This document shows, in pieces, positions 13,961-27,153 of a stretch of DNA of 64,000 nt; position 1 is the stretch's first letter, and the number at the start of each line of letters is the position of its first letter. Origin of the DNA: Mytilus trossulus. Taxonomy: Eukaryota. Both the position numbers and the translations under genes were made by a program. Under the pieces are notes generated by a model. That model worked only from the letters and a program-made list of their open reading frames with translations, was not told the DNA's origin and made no database searches. The stretch is from assembly GCF_036588685.1 (NCBI RefSeq), contig NC_086376.1, positions 22,134,001 through 22,198,000 of the forward strand, given 5' to 3'.

Positions 13961-16367
13961 CAAGAAGTTGAATTTGTCAAATGTAGATATCTCCTTATTT
14001 TTTATAATATTGCTATTAAAAATTATAATAATACACATGGTCAGGTACATAACATTTTTATGGGCATTGTATACATTTCTTCACTTAAATCAAACAATAG
14101 CTGTATTGAATATAAAACTGGATTAATAGCGATTATCCAATAAGCTTTAAGTTTATTTATGGCATTTTAAGAATTTAATAAGTAAAGATTATTCAGCCTT
14201 ATAATTTATCACAATGACATTTCGGGGAAATTTTCCCCCTAAAGCATTAGCTATTTTCTTAGCTCATGTTGTTGAGTTTACTTTTCATTAAAATGTAATA
14301 AAAACCAATTTCTTAACAAAAATCAATAGTACTTTAGTCTTGGAGGAAGTAGTTTATATTTATTGATATAATTCTATTTTGTACTTTTTATATATTTTAA
14401 GAAACCTCATGCAATTAATTTCAGTTGACTGTCTTACTAAATGTAATATGTTTTTTTATATATAAAAAAATTTTAAACTGTTCTTAGTACATGCACTGCA
14501 AAATTGAATAGACGTAACAACAGGTTAACTTTATTGTGTCCCACCCCTCATCTTAGCCCCTGCATTTAGGACTTACTACATCATACACTTATTAAGTTTG
14601 GGTCCTGTGATTCATTATATAAAAAAATCTTATAAAAAAATATACTTGCATTAGTCATGAACATTTCAGTATAACTTTCGATCAATTTTAGTTGTATGAG
14701 TATTTGTGAAAAGATCCCCAAGCTTCTAAACTCAACAAATCAAATATAAAGAAGTTTATATATAATGTTTACCAAAAAAGGTATATGATTTTTTTTGTAC
14801 AAAAATTGGCGTAAAGTCACAGTGCTGACATAGACACGATTAGAACATTTAACCAATATATATCTCTCTAAACGTAGACCTATAAGAAGTAAGTTTTGAC
14901 AATGTATTATACTTATATCTATCCTAAGTAAATGATAATAAAATGTTGAATGATGATACATAGCATTCTTTGTTGTGAACAGATTACACCCTGCACAACT
15001 ACAACTCATAATAAAATATTTACTTCTAGTTAGGTGAGTTTTTGTGTGCAGATCAAATATCTTCACTGGTTCTTTGACTTTTAGTTTTGTTCACTTTTAT
15101 AATCAATCATAAAATGTAAGGGGAAAGTAAGACAACGTGTACAAAGAGGACAGTCAAAAACTAATACTAAGTGAAAGAAATACAAGGTAACACCATGACC
15201 AAATAAAAACAAACACTTAAAATAGTCTACAAAAAAGAACAAAAAGTGGTGAATACTAAATTTTTGAAAGTTTTTTATATATATATATATGCAGTTAGAT
15301 TAAGTTAAAATCTAACTTTATCAAGATAAAATCAAATGTGTACAAATAAAACACCTTAAAAAAAATCAACCAATAAAGCTCGAGGTGTGTACTATATTAG
15401 TTGTATTTAGATAAATTCATTGACGTAATTTATTTCATTTCACATAATTTTCTTAAAATGTTTTTTAAGAAGTTATTTGTATTTCCATTTGTTTCTGTTT
15501 CAATGTTTTGAATATTTACAAAACTAGAATAAATCTGAATTGTCAATGTTTAATTTAATATTAAAGATGAAAATCAAATAAATCAATTTAAAGTTCAAAC
15601 TTTATAAACCCCCTCAAATTTAAACCAAGGTCTTTTTGTAGATCTTCATAATGATCTGAGTTGAAAGCAAATAATTTTTGTTCCATTGGATAAAAGAACT
15701 TTAAATAATAATTTCTTATCACTACAATGGTTAACATAAATTTTGTAATTTTAAATGCTTTTTTTTGGGCGATGTTTGACGGGGTTTGCACAGTGACCTA
15801 TTAGTGTAATAAGTGTATAATATGTCTTATAGATGTGTGATCTGATACCCGATTAACACTGACAATTTATTGTTTCACGGATAATGACCGATCAATATCT
15901 TCTTCAATGGATAATGTTACAAAAACTATGACGATTCAGTCAAGCAAAACCTATTTAAATAGTTACTGTATCGACTTGGCACTCAAGCAGATCCTATAAT
16001 CCTAATTTATAGATCGAACGATTGAACATTTAAACAGTTCATCTTGATTGCCATTGTTACAAGTTTTATTAGACATTTATCATTGCTTTTAGAATCCATT
16101 GTCTTCTAAATGTTTCAATTCATTTTGTTAATACAGCTGAAGACCAACAGATATGTTAACCAATTTTATTACAACTGCATGCATAATAGGTTAAAGTTCA
16201 GAATTGTCATGAGCTTAGGAATTTTATTACAACTGCATGTATAATAGGTTAAAGTTCAATTTTATCCTGAGCTAAGGGACAAGATTGTAAGGTATGGGAA
16301 TCATAGTTGCCCAGCTCTACTTTAGTTATACATGAGTTCACCTAGTTTAAGCTATGGATGTCAATGA

Positions 16368-16614
16368 GGCCTAAATTAATATATTGTTTGGTTCCTCAAT
16401 CCCGACCCTGCCAAGCCAGGTGTGGGTAGGTAGGTAGGGAAATAATTTTATTTTTCCAAAAAGCTAGAATATTATCGGACAGTCTGGTAAGCCTGAAAAT
16501 CCAAAATGAATAAAATAATATTTGACTTAGTTATGGCAATAAAATTTTATGAGTAGCACCATTTTTGCAGGGTGGGTCGGGATTGGGGAAACAAACAATA
16601 TTTTATTTTAGGCC
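16368..16614. mobile_element. MITE, PIF/Harbinger-like
   Basis: Imperfect TIRs of about 40 bp (GGCCTAAA...TTTAGGCC) flanked by a 3-bp TGA duplication. Confidence 0.75.
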
Positions 16615-16621
16615 TGAGTCC

Positions 16622-16788
16622 TATCATACTTGAGTCAATTCTCATGATGAGTAGTATCATACTTCTTTACTTGAGTCAATTCTCATGATGAGTACTATCA
16701 TACTTGAGTCAATTCTCATGATGAGTAGTATCATACTTGAGTCAATTCTCATGATGAGTAGTATCGTACTTGAGTCAATTCTCATGAT
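16622..16788. repeat. 33-bp tandem repeat, 5 copies, each with TGAGTCA
   Basis: Unit tatcatacttgagtcaattctcatgatgagtag. Confidence 0.9.
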
Positions 16789-17593
16789 CTATCTAATATC
16801 AGCTATGAAATTGATACTTGAAAGTTATTGTAGACCTATTGTATATAATTATAAAGCATAGTCTTAATTACCCTTTTTTTAACATTGCACTGGAAATGAT
16901 AGAAATAGTTGATTTTATGTTTCTGGTTATAAATTAGGAAGGGGCATTGCATTTCTATGAACATTAGAAATATATAGAGATATTATTGTAAGCACATGTT
17001 AAAAAGCTTGTGGGATTGGTGGACACATCAGTGTAATGTTTGGTCTCTCTTTTTTTTTTTTTTTTTTAAACATATAAGAATAAATGGGTACCAGATTTAA
17101 ATGGTTGCTTATATTATTTACATATTCCCTCAGCGCCGAACTTTTGAGTCCACACGCCAGAAGCTCGATTTAAAAAAAAAATGTTATTTGGATTCTGTAA
17201 TTTCTGTTGGCTTGTAGAAAGGACTTTTACAAGCCTTAAAGCTATTTTCAAAGCCAATGCCGTAGGACTTGTGGTTAAGTGTGAAGACTGTTTCCTAATT
17301 GAGTTTGGTATTATGAGTAGATATGATAAATAATATAATTTTACCAAACTAACTTTTTTCTACTTGTGAAATTTACATATTTAGATGATTGTGTAAGGAT
17401 TGAGTTCAGATTAGGTTCATAATTTTAATCGAAGGTTCATTCGAAAGGGGAAGGTCAAAGGTTATGATTTTGTATTATGCATGTCAAACTGCGTTTTATA
17501 ATAATGTAATGTATAATGAAAACTCAATAATGTTAAATTTCTAATGCGATGGAAAAGTGCAGTTTTTAAAATATGTTTCTTTCTCTTTTTCAG

Positions 17594-17811
17594 ACATTTA
17601 TTGCAGTAGCACCTAGATTTAAAAAAAAATTCATCTACAGATTTACTTCAGAAAAAGCTTTGTTTTTATTAACCCCTTGGAATCCTGTTAGAAAATTGGC
17701 AGTTTTCATTGCAACGAATCAGTTCTTTGATTATGTTGTGATATTAACGATTTTAACGAACTGTGTTTTTATGTCCCTGGGACCAGATTCAAAAGCTGCA
17801 GAAACTGCAGA
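17594..17811 (+). CDS. Nav coding exon 2: end of N-terminus and DI-S1 (TFIAV...IYRFTSEKALFLLTPWNPVRK...ILTNCVFM...AETAE)
   Basis: ttttcag acceptor, GA|gtaagt donor, 218 nt, phase 0 to 2. Confidence 0.96.
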
Positions 17812-18264
17812 GTAAGTTGTTATAGTAGAAAAACAAGGAAAATGGGGTATCCATTCATGACACAAAAACAAAGAAAATGAAGTATCCATTCATGACACAA
17901 AATCAATACATGCACAGCGACATCAACAAAAAAAATGAGGAATAGGGCTTTAGTAACTGTTCTTCATCTCAAAATCACAGTGAGGCTAATGACACGGAAC
18001 TCAAAAAAACTCTCACCTTACAGCAAGTTTAAGACAGCCTTAAGCACCATTTAGCAGAATTATTTGCAAATACAATTTTGATAAGAGTTTATATGAGAAA
18101 ATAACTATTGGTAATTACTTTACTGAAATATGATAACATTGTTCATAGATTAGTAAAAATAAGAGAACATTTATTTTGGTTTTTGAAATCTACATGTTTG
18201 CATTTTATATGACACTGCCATATGTGTGAAATGTCAAATAATTTGTATGCATTTTTAATTTCAG

Positions 18265-18393
18265 ATATGCCTTTCTCGCCATATATACATTAGAATCAAT
18301 TATCAAAATTTTAGCAAGAGGTTTTATACTCCACAAATTTACATATCTGAGAGATCCGTGGAATTGGTTAGATTTTGCGGTCATAGTTTCAGC
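18265..18393 (+). CDS. Nav coding exon 3: DI S2-S3 ([43 protein letters not shown])
   Basis: tttcag / GC|gtaagt, 129 nt, phase 2 to 2. Canonical [10 protein letters not shown] motif. Not in the ORF track on +. Confidence 0.97.
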
Positions 18394-18888
18394 GTAAGTT
18401 TGTAATAGATGTATTGTTATAATTCTTAAGGATGGCAATCATATCACATTTTTTTTATCATTTTTATTCAAATAGCATAAGTTGATTTGACTGTGATCTG
18501 TGGGTTCAATTATTAAAGGAGAAACATATGGATCGGTGGATAGATAAATGGACACACATATAAGTTTTCTGTTATTGTTAGTGATGTTTTACAAAAACTG
18601 TCTTTGGAAAAATGACGAGATTTTTTTGGGCTTATATTATTTTATGTTGTTTTTTTGAGGGGGATCCAAATCAAACACAATATATACTATAAACCTATTT
18701 CTGGTAATAGAAATCAATTGCTAAGTACTGCTGTATAAAACTACTTTAGTTTTTTCCATTGGTGACAACGTTTCAGTAATATATAATCATGTATCTTCTC
18801 ACAAACAAAGAAATAAATTTAATAAGGATAAAAATCATTCTAATGTCAATAACGAGAGATGATGAAAGATGTTTTATTGATATTTCAG

Positions 18889-18998
18889 GTACGTTACAAC
18901 AATAATTTCTGAAGTCAGTGGTAGCTCGGGGACAAATCTACAGGCTCTTAGGACATTCAGGGTTTTCAGAGCATTGAAAACAATTTCTATCGTTCCAG
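18889..18998 (+). CDS. Nav coding exon 4: DI S3-S4 voltage sensor (YVTTIISEVSGSSGTNLQALRTFRVFRALKTISIVPG)
   Basis: tttcag / CAG|gtaaaa, 110 nt, phase 2 to 1. R-x-x-R-x-x-R-x-x-K S4 pattern. Confidence 0.97.
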
Positions 18999-20647
18999 GT
19001 AAAATATTGATTTGAGATTTACCATTCTCATCTAAAGAAGATAAAATATGCACCTACTTATACATAATATCATCGGGTTTTACATTTTGTTTGAACCAAA
19101 ACATATTTGAAACAGGCACATACAGTTTGCCAAGAGGCATGATAGATGATAATTATAGTCCATAAGTTTGCCAAGAATGACTAGGCATGGTAGATGATAA
19201 TTATAGTCGATAGTGTTGAAATTCACTTAAAGTACGGAGTTTAACACAAAGTCAGAGAAACAATTTACAACCTTGACTTCTATTCTTTCAACATTAGACA
19301 AGATTAAGCTGAAATTCACTACAGTTTTATATCATGACAATCTTGTCATTATTGACAATTTTTAAGTACTAATTACCTAGCCTGTTGGCTTCAGCTTTAA
19401 CTAGTAAAAAAATCCCCTGGTTTCAAATACACAAAATCTTTTTTTGTTTTAGATACTCTTTGCTTGAGTTTCAGAAAGAATTTTGTTTATAGTATTCTAG
19501 TTAGTTCAATATGATACATTTTAACCTTGTGAAACTGAAGAGAACAAGACCACTTCAAAATGTCATGTGAACGAAATAACATTGCATTTATATTTACTTG
19601 GGTAATTCTAAGTGTTATGAAAATGTCTGTGAAGCTGTTTATCAGATAGTGCCTTATAATCATCTGTGATTGGTCAATAGAAATAATTAGCAACTCATGG
19701 TCTTTATAATTACCAATTTCTTACATCATTTGATACTGCTTTAATGAACTGAGTGAATCAATGGAGATCTACAATAACATTCAACAGATTGGAAAATTTG
19801 GTTTAACGTTAGCAAACAAGTAGTTCTGGTGTAGCATTAGTTTGAGATTCAGATGGATAAAAGGTAGATTTCATGTCGTGAATCAATAGGGAAATAAGTG
19901 GAAAAGTGTAGGATATAAATCGGAATAATGCACTAGTGGACAACAGGTCAAATAGATAAAGAAAATCATTAATACTGTGACAGAGCTTTGACAGTATAGT
20001 GATTGAAAAATTTATATATTTAATGCTGTGAAATATTAAATATAATCAGATTATAAATCATTTATGAAAGTAATAAAATAAATTTATGGGATTTTAAGAG
20101 GGGTAACATAAAAATGATAGACAGTGCACAGAGAAAATATAAAAAAATGACTTGTAGGGCTCAGGGAAAAAAATATAAAAAGGACAGACTTAGCATACCA
20201 GGAAAAAACATGAATAGAATGTCTATCAAGACACTAGGAAGCATAAACAATTATGGATAGTGCACTCAAAAACATTGTCAGACCAGGCACGAGAGTACAT
20301 TAAAAAAACTATGGAAATATAATCAGACAAGGCAAAATAAAACTTGAAAAATGAAAAATGCAAAGGACACTAGAAGCTATAAGACAGTTGACAGACTGGG
20401 CACAAGAAATCACTGAAAAGGATGCATTTCACATTCAAAACTTAAAATTCTTTGAAAGGGAGAGTTTTTGGTTTTTGGTGTCTCTTGATAGACTTGTAAA
20501 GAATTATGTTAAAAGTAAATGGTAATTTGCCATGGAACACTTCTTGTTGGAGGATGTTTTATTCATAGATTGTTTCTATATCTTGAATATTATTTTAAAA
20601 AATTAATGCTGTCCGGAACAACTCTCAAAGCTCTCTATTGTCTCAAA

Positions 20648-20818
20648 AAAGAGGTGAGAAAGATACCAGAAGGACATTGAAACTTGTAGATAAAAAACAA
20701 TCTGACAACGCCATGGCTAAAAACGAAAAGGACGAAATAGACAAATAATAGTACACAAGACTCAACATAAAAGATTAAAGACTTAAGCAGCACCAACCCC
20801 ACCAAAAACTGGGGATGA
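20648..20818. repeat. Dispersed repeat; second copy at about 51556-51735
   Basis: Shared gaaagatacca...ataatagta.acaagac.caacata...ccccac.aaaaactgggg. Confidence 0.65.
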
Positions 20819-20917
20819 TTTTACTTTTAATGAATTATTATGTATAATTATTATCTCAATGAATTATTATTTTTTATATGAACTGCAAATTATGATATTA
20901 ACATTGTCTATTTTCAG

Positions 20918-21133
20918 GTCTAAAGACGTTAGTTGGTGCATTACTGAGGGCTTTCAAGTTATTATTTGAAGTGATTATCCTGATAACGTTCTGTTTAGCT
21001 GTGTTTGCTTTATTTGGATTACAAGTTTATATGGGAGTATTAAGACAAAAATGTGTTGTAGATGTTCCCAGTTATAATGCAACTAGTTCTATGAATTATT
21101 TAGCTTATTACAACGATTGGATCAAAAATACAT
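20918..21133 (+). CDS. Nav coding exon 5: DI S4-S5 linker, S5 and turret (LKTLVGALL...FALFGLQVYMGVLRQKCV...DWIKNT)
   Basis: ttttcag / T|gtaagt, 216 nt, phase 1 to 1. Confidence 0.96.
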
Positions 21134-21485
21134 GTAAGTTTACTACTTTATATCAGCTTAAATCTTGATACTGGAAAACTATCATTCCGTGTTTCTTGAA
21201 ATATTTTAAAGCTGATAATATAATCAGCTGCCATCCTCGCTAGTTGATGTTGAGTACTATTGTCCTTTTGCGTCAATAGGAAATGAGAGCAATGTTATCA
21301 AAGTTAACAATTTTAGTATTTTGGATTGTACAACTTGATTCGCCATGATGAACCAGGGTCATGTTCTGTGCATGTAACATGTATCTTTACTGCCTTTTTG
21401 AAATACTTGCTGTCGACATTTAGAATGAAAGATTTTTACTTTCAACAATAAAAAAGTAATTTATACAGTAATATCTCTATTACAG

Positions 21486-21552
21486 CTAATTGGTATGAAG
21501 ATCCAGATAATGGTGGTACTTATGTTATATGTGGTAATGCCAGTGGTTCAGG
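21486..21552 (+). CDS. Nav coding exon 6: DI extracellular turret (SNWYEDPDNGGTYVICGNASGSG)
   Basis: attacag / GG|gtgagt, 67 nt, phase 1 to 2. Conserved CGNxS motif. Confidence 0.93.
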
Positions 21553-21752
21553 GTGAGTGTATATAATGGTTGCATACTTATGTTATATGTGGTAATGCCA
21601 GTGGTTCAGGGTGAGTGTATATAATGGTTGCATACTTATGTTATATGTGGTAATGCCAGTGGTTCAGGGTGAGTGTATATAATGGTTGCATACTTATTTT
21701 ATACATGTATGTGGTCATGCCCATGGTTAAGGATGAGTGTATATAATGGTTG
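21517..21752 (+). repeat. 58-bp tandem repeat (3 near-perfect plus 1 degenerate) overlapping the 3' end and donor of exon 6
   Basis: Units start at 21517, 21575, 21633 and 21691. Confidence 0.95.
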
Positions 21753-21894
21753 GCAAAACAAATATGATGTCAAAGTATTAGTGTTTTATACCATCACTAA
21801 CAATTCCTGTGCATAAAGTTGATGATACTCAAATAATACAATCAAACTTTTCATTTTATTTGCATTTAAACTGACAGGTTTATTACATGTAGTT

Positions 21895-23435
21895 GGAACA
21901 AGTCTGATTGTGTTAAACAAGTTAACCAAGTTTGCTTGTGTGGGACACATTACAAAATCTGATTGTTTAGGACAAGTTAATCAAGTCTGCTTGTTTTGGA
22001 CAGGTTACCAGAGTCTAAATGTTTTGGACAAGTGACCGGTAACCAAGTCTGCTTGTTTTGTACAGGTTACCAGAGTCTGATTGATTTGGACAGGTAATTA
22101 CCACAGTCTGATTGTTTTAGACAGGTAATAACCACAGTCTGATTGTTTTAGACAGGTAATAACCACAGTCTGATTGTTTTAGACAGGTTACTCAAGTCTG
22201 ATTGTTTTAGACAGGTTACCCAAGTCTGATTGTTTTAGACAGGTTACCCAAGTCTGATGGTTTTAGACAGGTAACCCAAGTCTGATTGTTCTAGACAGGT
22301 TACCCAAGTCTGATTGTTTTGGACAGGTTACCACAGTCTGATTGTTTTGGACAGGTTACCCAAGTCTGATTGTTTTGGACAGGTTACCCAAGTCTGATTG
22401 TTTTGTACAGGTTACCACAGTCTGATTGTTTTGGACAGGTTACCCAAGTCTGATTGTTTTAAACAGGTTACCAGAGTCAAATTGTTTTGGACAGGTTACC
22501 ACAGTCTGATTGTTTTGGACAGGTTACCCAAGTCTGATTGTTTTAGACAGGTTACCCAAGTCTGATGGTTTTAGACAGGTAACCCAAGTCTGATTGTTCT
22601 AGACAGATTACCCAAGTCTGATTGTTTTGGACAGGTTACCACAGTCTGATTGTTTTGGACAGGTTACCCAAGTCTGATTGTTTTGGACAGGTTACCCAAG
22701 TCTGATTGTTTTGTACAGGTTACCACAGTCTGATTGTTTTGGACAGGTTACCCAAGTCTGATTGTTTTGGACAGGTTACCAGAGTCAAATTGTTTTGGAC
22801 AGGTTACCACAGTCTGATTGTTTTGGACAGGTTACCCAAGTCTGATTGTTTTGGACAGGTTACCCAAGTCTGATTGTTTTGGACAGGTTACCCAAGTCTG
22901 ATTGTTTTGTACAGGTTACCACAGTCTGATTGTTTTGGACAGGTTACCCAAGTCTGATTGTTTTGGACAGGTTACCCAAGTCTGATTGTTTTGGACAGGT
23001 TACCACAGTCTGATTTTTTTGGACAGGTTACCACAGTCTGATTGTTTTGGACAGGTTACCCAAGTCTGATTGTTTTGGACAGGTTACCAAAGTCTGATTG
23101 TTAAAGACATGTTACCAAAGTCTGATTGTTTTGGACAGGTTACCAGAGTCTTATTGTTTTGGACAAGATTACCACATTTGGTTGGTTTGGACAAGTGAAT
23201 GGAGTCTGATTGGTTTGGACAAGTGATTTAAGTCTGATTGTTTTGGACAAGTGTACAAAGTCTGCTTGTTTTGGACAGGTTACCCAATTAAGTCTGATTG
23301 TTTTGGACAGGTTATCCAAGTATGATGGCTATTGACAGGGCACCATGTTCAATTGTTTTGGACAGGTAACCAAGTCTGATGGTTTTGGACAGATTACATC
23401 AGTCTGTTTTGGACAAGCTACCTAAGTTTGATTGT
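21895..23435. repeat. 28-bp minisatellite, roughly 50 copies, degenerate at both ends
   Basis: Unit gtctgattgttttggacaggttacccaa, with an internal higher-order duplication of about 307 bp. Confidence 0.95.
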
Positions 23436-24634
23436 ATATGATACCACTCAAATGATGTGCTGATTTAATAATACGACTGAAGTCCAATTCTGCCCATACA
23501 TACAGAGGGCTTAGGGGTATAGCTCTTCATAATATTTGTTTTAAATATTTGGACAGCTGTATACATTTGTTTAAATTGAAGGGTTAAATGGTACTAGTAC
23601 TAGATCATTAGTACTCTTTGTTTATTACAATTGTCTGAGGAATAGTTCATACCTGTACACTCTTATTGATATATCGAATGGAAATAAAATGTTATTGTGC
23701 AATTGTAGACAGTCCAAAATTATCAATTGTTGTGCAAAATTTATAGTGGAAATTAAAGTTGTTTTTGTATGATCTTGTATCTTCATATAAGTACAAGGAA
23801 GTGAGCTTAGACATGTTATGTTGAATTCCAGTGGGTATACTTTTTATGGTTTTATTTATTATACCAATGTCTAGCTACCAAGACTATGTTAACTCTCCAT
23901 GACCTTGTTTCTCATAAGTTATTTAATGAAACTCTTGACCTTGTACCAAATAGTTGTCTATAAAATATAGAAGATGTATATATATGCATTAGAGTACCTC
24001 TGAGCTTGGTGCACATATACCGTTATTCAAAATACATATTCAGTTAATGTTGCTCAAGGTTGTATTCCTTAAATTAACAGAATTTAAAAAGCCATTGACA
24101 CAACTGAGTTTGACTTGTACCTTTTGTTTATTACAATTGTCTGAGGAATAGTTTGACATATACCTATTGATATATGTAAAAACAGAAAAGGTTTTTAAAT
24201 TTCCAATAATGAATTTCTTTTTACTGATTATAAGTAATAAACTTGGGTCTCTATTTTCTCCCTGAAGGGTTGTAACATGTTACACTCACTCAACAGAATT
24301 TTCAAAGTAAAGTTGTTTTGCTTCATTTAGCATAGAAGAAAACAGGTACCAGGGGATCTAGCCTAATTAGTTTCTTATAAAATATAAACTCTTCTTTTAA
24401 GACCAGATCAGCATATTCATGTTATGCTTTTGATTCAGTCTTTTCAAATAGTTCTACTGTTACACAGTATTGGATACATATTTTAATGAACTTGCACAAT
24501 AATGGATATGATGACTGATATTGCTTTTAATGAATACATGACATTCTAGGCAGCATGGTAGTTGAACTGTCTACAAAATTACAGGACACACATTTTTGAC
24601 TTTCCTGAAAATCTGATCACTTCTATTTTATGAA

Positions 24635-24892
24635 GGAACCTCAGTGGCCAAGTGGTCTAAGTAGTTAATACTGTAATCACTAGCCATCAGCACTGAGGTT
24701 GTGACTTCGATCCCCACTCCTGTGGGTGCACTCAACTACAATCTTAATTGACTAGGATTGTCAGTTTTCCTATCGAAGGTCGGGTTTTTTCCTGGCACTC
24801 AGGCTTTCTCCACAAATAAAGACAGACCACCACGAAATAGCCTCAATGTGGTGCTTAAAAATGGTGTCAAAACATCAAAAATCAAATCAAAT
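24635..24892 (+). mobile_element. tRNA-derived SINE with V-domain-like core
   Basis: A box TGGCCAAGTGG, degenerate B box (acttcgatccc), core ggttttttcctggcactcaggctttctcc resembling the V-SINE domain, and (AAATC)n tail. Confidence 0.7.
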
Positions 24893-25290
24893 CTATTGTA
24901 TGAGATTTTGCTATACCTTTATCAAGAAGTTATGTGTTGAAGACTGTACTCAAACCTATAATTGTTTACTTTTACAAATTGTGAGTTGTCTCATTGGCAC
25001 TCATACCACATCTACTTATATATATAGAATATAACCTGCTTAATTGTGTTTAAGACTCCATCTTTTGCAGATTGTCTAGGTTTATATATATTATCCAAAG
25101 GATTTTCTACATTTTCTGTTTTAACCTTAAGCTTGCCTATCTGGTTTTAACTTCAATATATTGTTTAAAAAAGTAAATGATTAGTGGGCCTCTGTGCAGT
25201 AAATACAGAATTCTTTGAGGCTTGTAAATTTAGTTTTACCTTTTATATAAGAACGCTTTCTCTATAGTGTTAAATTTTGCTATTTTGCAG

Positions 25291-25435
25291 ACAATGTAAT
25301 AGTGGCTATACATGTTTACCAGACATAGGAGAAAATCCCAATTATGGTTACACAAGTTTTGACCATTTTGGCTGGGCCATGTTAACATCATTCCAGCTCA
25401 TTACTCTAGACTTCTGGGAAGACTCGTATAACAAG
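25291..25435 (+). CDS. Nav coding exon 7: DI pore loop ([48 protein letters not shown])
   Basis: ttttgcag / AAG|gtaaga, 145 nt, phase 2 to 0. Filter Asp codon at 25409-25411. Confidence 0.97.
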
Positions 25436-25500
25436 GTAAGAGTCGGTTTCATATTAGTACAAATCTACCTGTTTTTGAAAATCACTATTGCAGGTGTTAA

Positions 25501-25798
25501 CCCTTTCCTCCATTGAAATTTTTTTTTTGCATAATTGATTCGCATAGGATTTTTTTGATAAAATGCTGAACTTATGATTTGAAGTATTAAAGCATTGTGA
25601 AAAACAACTATTTCATCAAATAAATTTAAGTCAGATATTCCTATGATATTCCTTTTCATATTGGATACAAACTTTATTAAGTCAACTGCAGACACTTTGT
25701 AGTCGAAGTGTTTCAACTGAGGTACTACACAGGCGTCAAAAGGCGTCATTATGGAGTAAAGGGGGTGTCGTCAAAAGGCGTCATTATGGAGGAAAGGG
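25501..25798. mobile_element. piggyBac-like MITE
   Basis: TTAA|CCCTTTCCTCCAT...ATGGAGGAAAGGG|TTAA, inserted 65 nt downstream of the DI pore exon. Confidence 0.82.
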
Positions 25799-27153
25799 TT
25801 AAGTCAAAAGACTTCAATAGGAAAGCAAACAAAAACACAAAAAAAGAAAGAAAAAAAAAGACTCAACATAAGGTTGACAATGATAGACAAGTGTTTGCAC
25901 CGTAAGCCAACCATTTCTAGTGAAAATAAGATGAAATAGAATTTAGAGATTAATTTAGCCTTTAACTATAATTTTTATAAGGTGAAAATGAATACTTTTT
26001 AGCAACAGCCAAGAAAAGAAATCTGTTTTTTGACTTAATTTACCACTCCATATATAGACTAGTCCCTTCCTGTTATACTAGTTATAAGGAATCAATCCAG
26101 CTAGGTATTGTAACCCCTCCTAAAGAAATACATCTACCATTATATTACAATGAGACTTAAATTAAAAAAAATAATATCAAAAACAAATCATTTTTGGAGA
26201 GCAGTGGTGGCTAGTTATATTTTTTTGCCATGCAATATTATATAATATTATATTTTATTTTGATACCTGAATATGTAACAGTAGGTAAATGTATATGTTT
26301 ATGCCAGTATTAGCAGCTTATAAGGCTTAACTTAATTTAATAGAGTAGCTAGTTAAAGATCAAATGAGAATATTTCTTGAGCGTTGCTAGTGAATATTTG
26401 AGAGCTATTGAAAAATAATTCATATTTTCGACCTAGACTTTTGTTAGAGCTCTTGCATAATATAAGGTGTTAGGGATGTAGGAGCCCTATAGTTTCAAAT
26501 GTGTCTGTCAACAGTTTTTGTAAGCACTTAAACTAAAAAAATTGAGGTAGGAGGCCCAGATGTGCATAATATGTAGATGTGCATGTTATATTTTGGTGAA
26601 ATTCAGCACAATACATTTGGGGAAAAACTTAAGTTTTTGTTTAGAAATTACAAATTTTATCATTTAAAATTTTGTTTAACTACTTTAATCTGTGCTTGGA
26701 AATTTTGAATTAGGGCAAAAGTATATAAATGAAAGTTATAATTTTTTTTGCTATGCACTGTAACTTTGCTACAGATGCCAATATTGTGCTTGCCATCCAT
26801 TCCATTCTTGTGAGAAGGACAAGGTTCACTGGGTTTGAAATTTTGTGGTAACTCTTGTCTGCATAGATGGCTTAAGGTATTAGGCCTTACAAATGGTGAT
26901 TGTGATTCAAACTCTGCACTATAATATGGCTATGCCAATCTCTTGCTGGAAGACTTATGCTATGTATCATATTTTCCATTCTTGTTACATAAAAAGTTAA
27001 ACTTTTAAAAAAGAGTGGTGACTTGCTTTGATTGCATCAGGGTAAATTATTTGCTTATGGGCTGCAGACAAATATACCAGCAGGCCCTTGCTGACATGTC
27101 AGTTTTCTAGTTCATATAAATGTTTATAAAGAAGGAAACGACTGATTCACTCA

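Noticed and set aside
13619-14143. His/Cys-rich ORFs (174, 116 and 86 aa) resembling heme-binding CxxCH repeats
   Set aside because: They are translations of a 32-bp minisatellite open in several frames, with no splice or codon support.
18889-20917. Mutually exclusive duplicate of the DI S3-S4 exon (as in vertebrate 5N/5A)
   Set aside because: Only one copy of the S4-encoding sequence is visible in the flanking introns.
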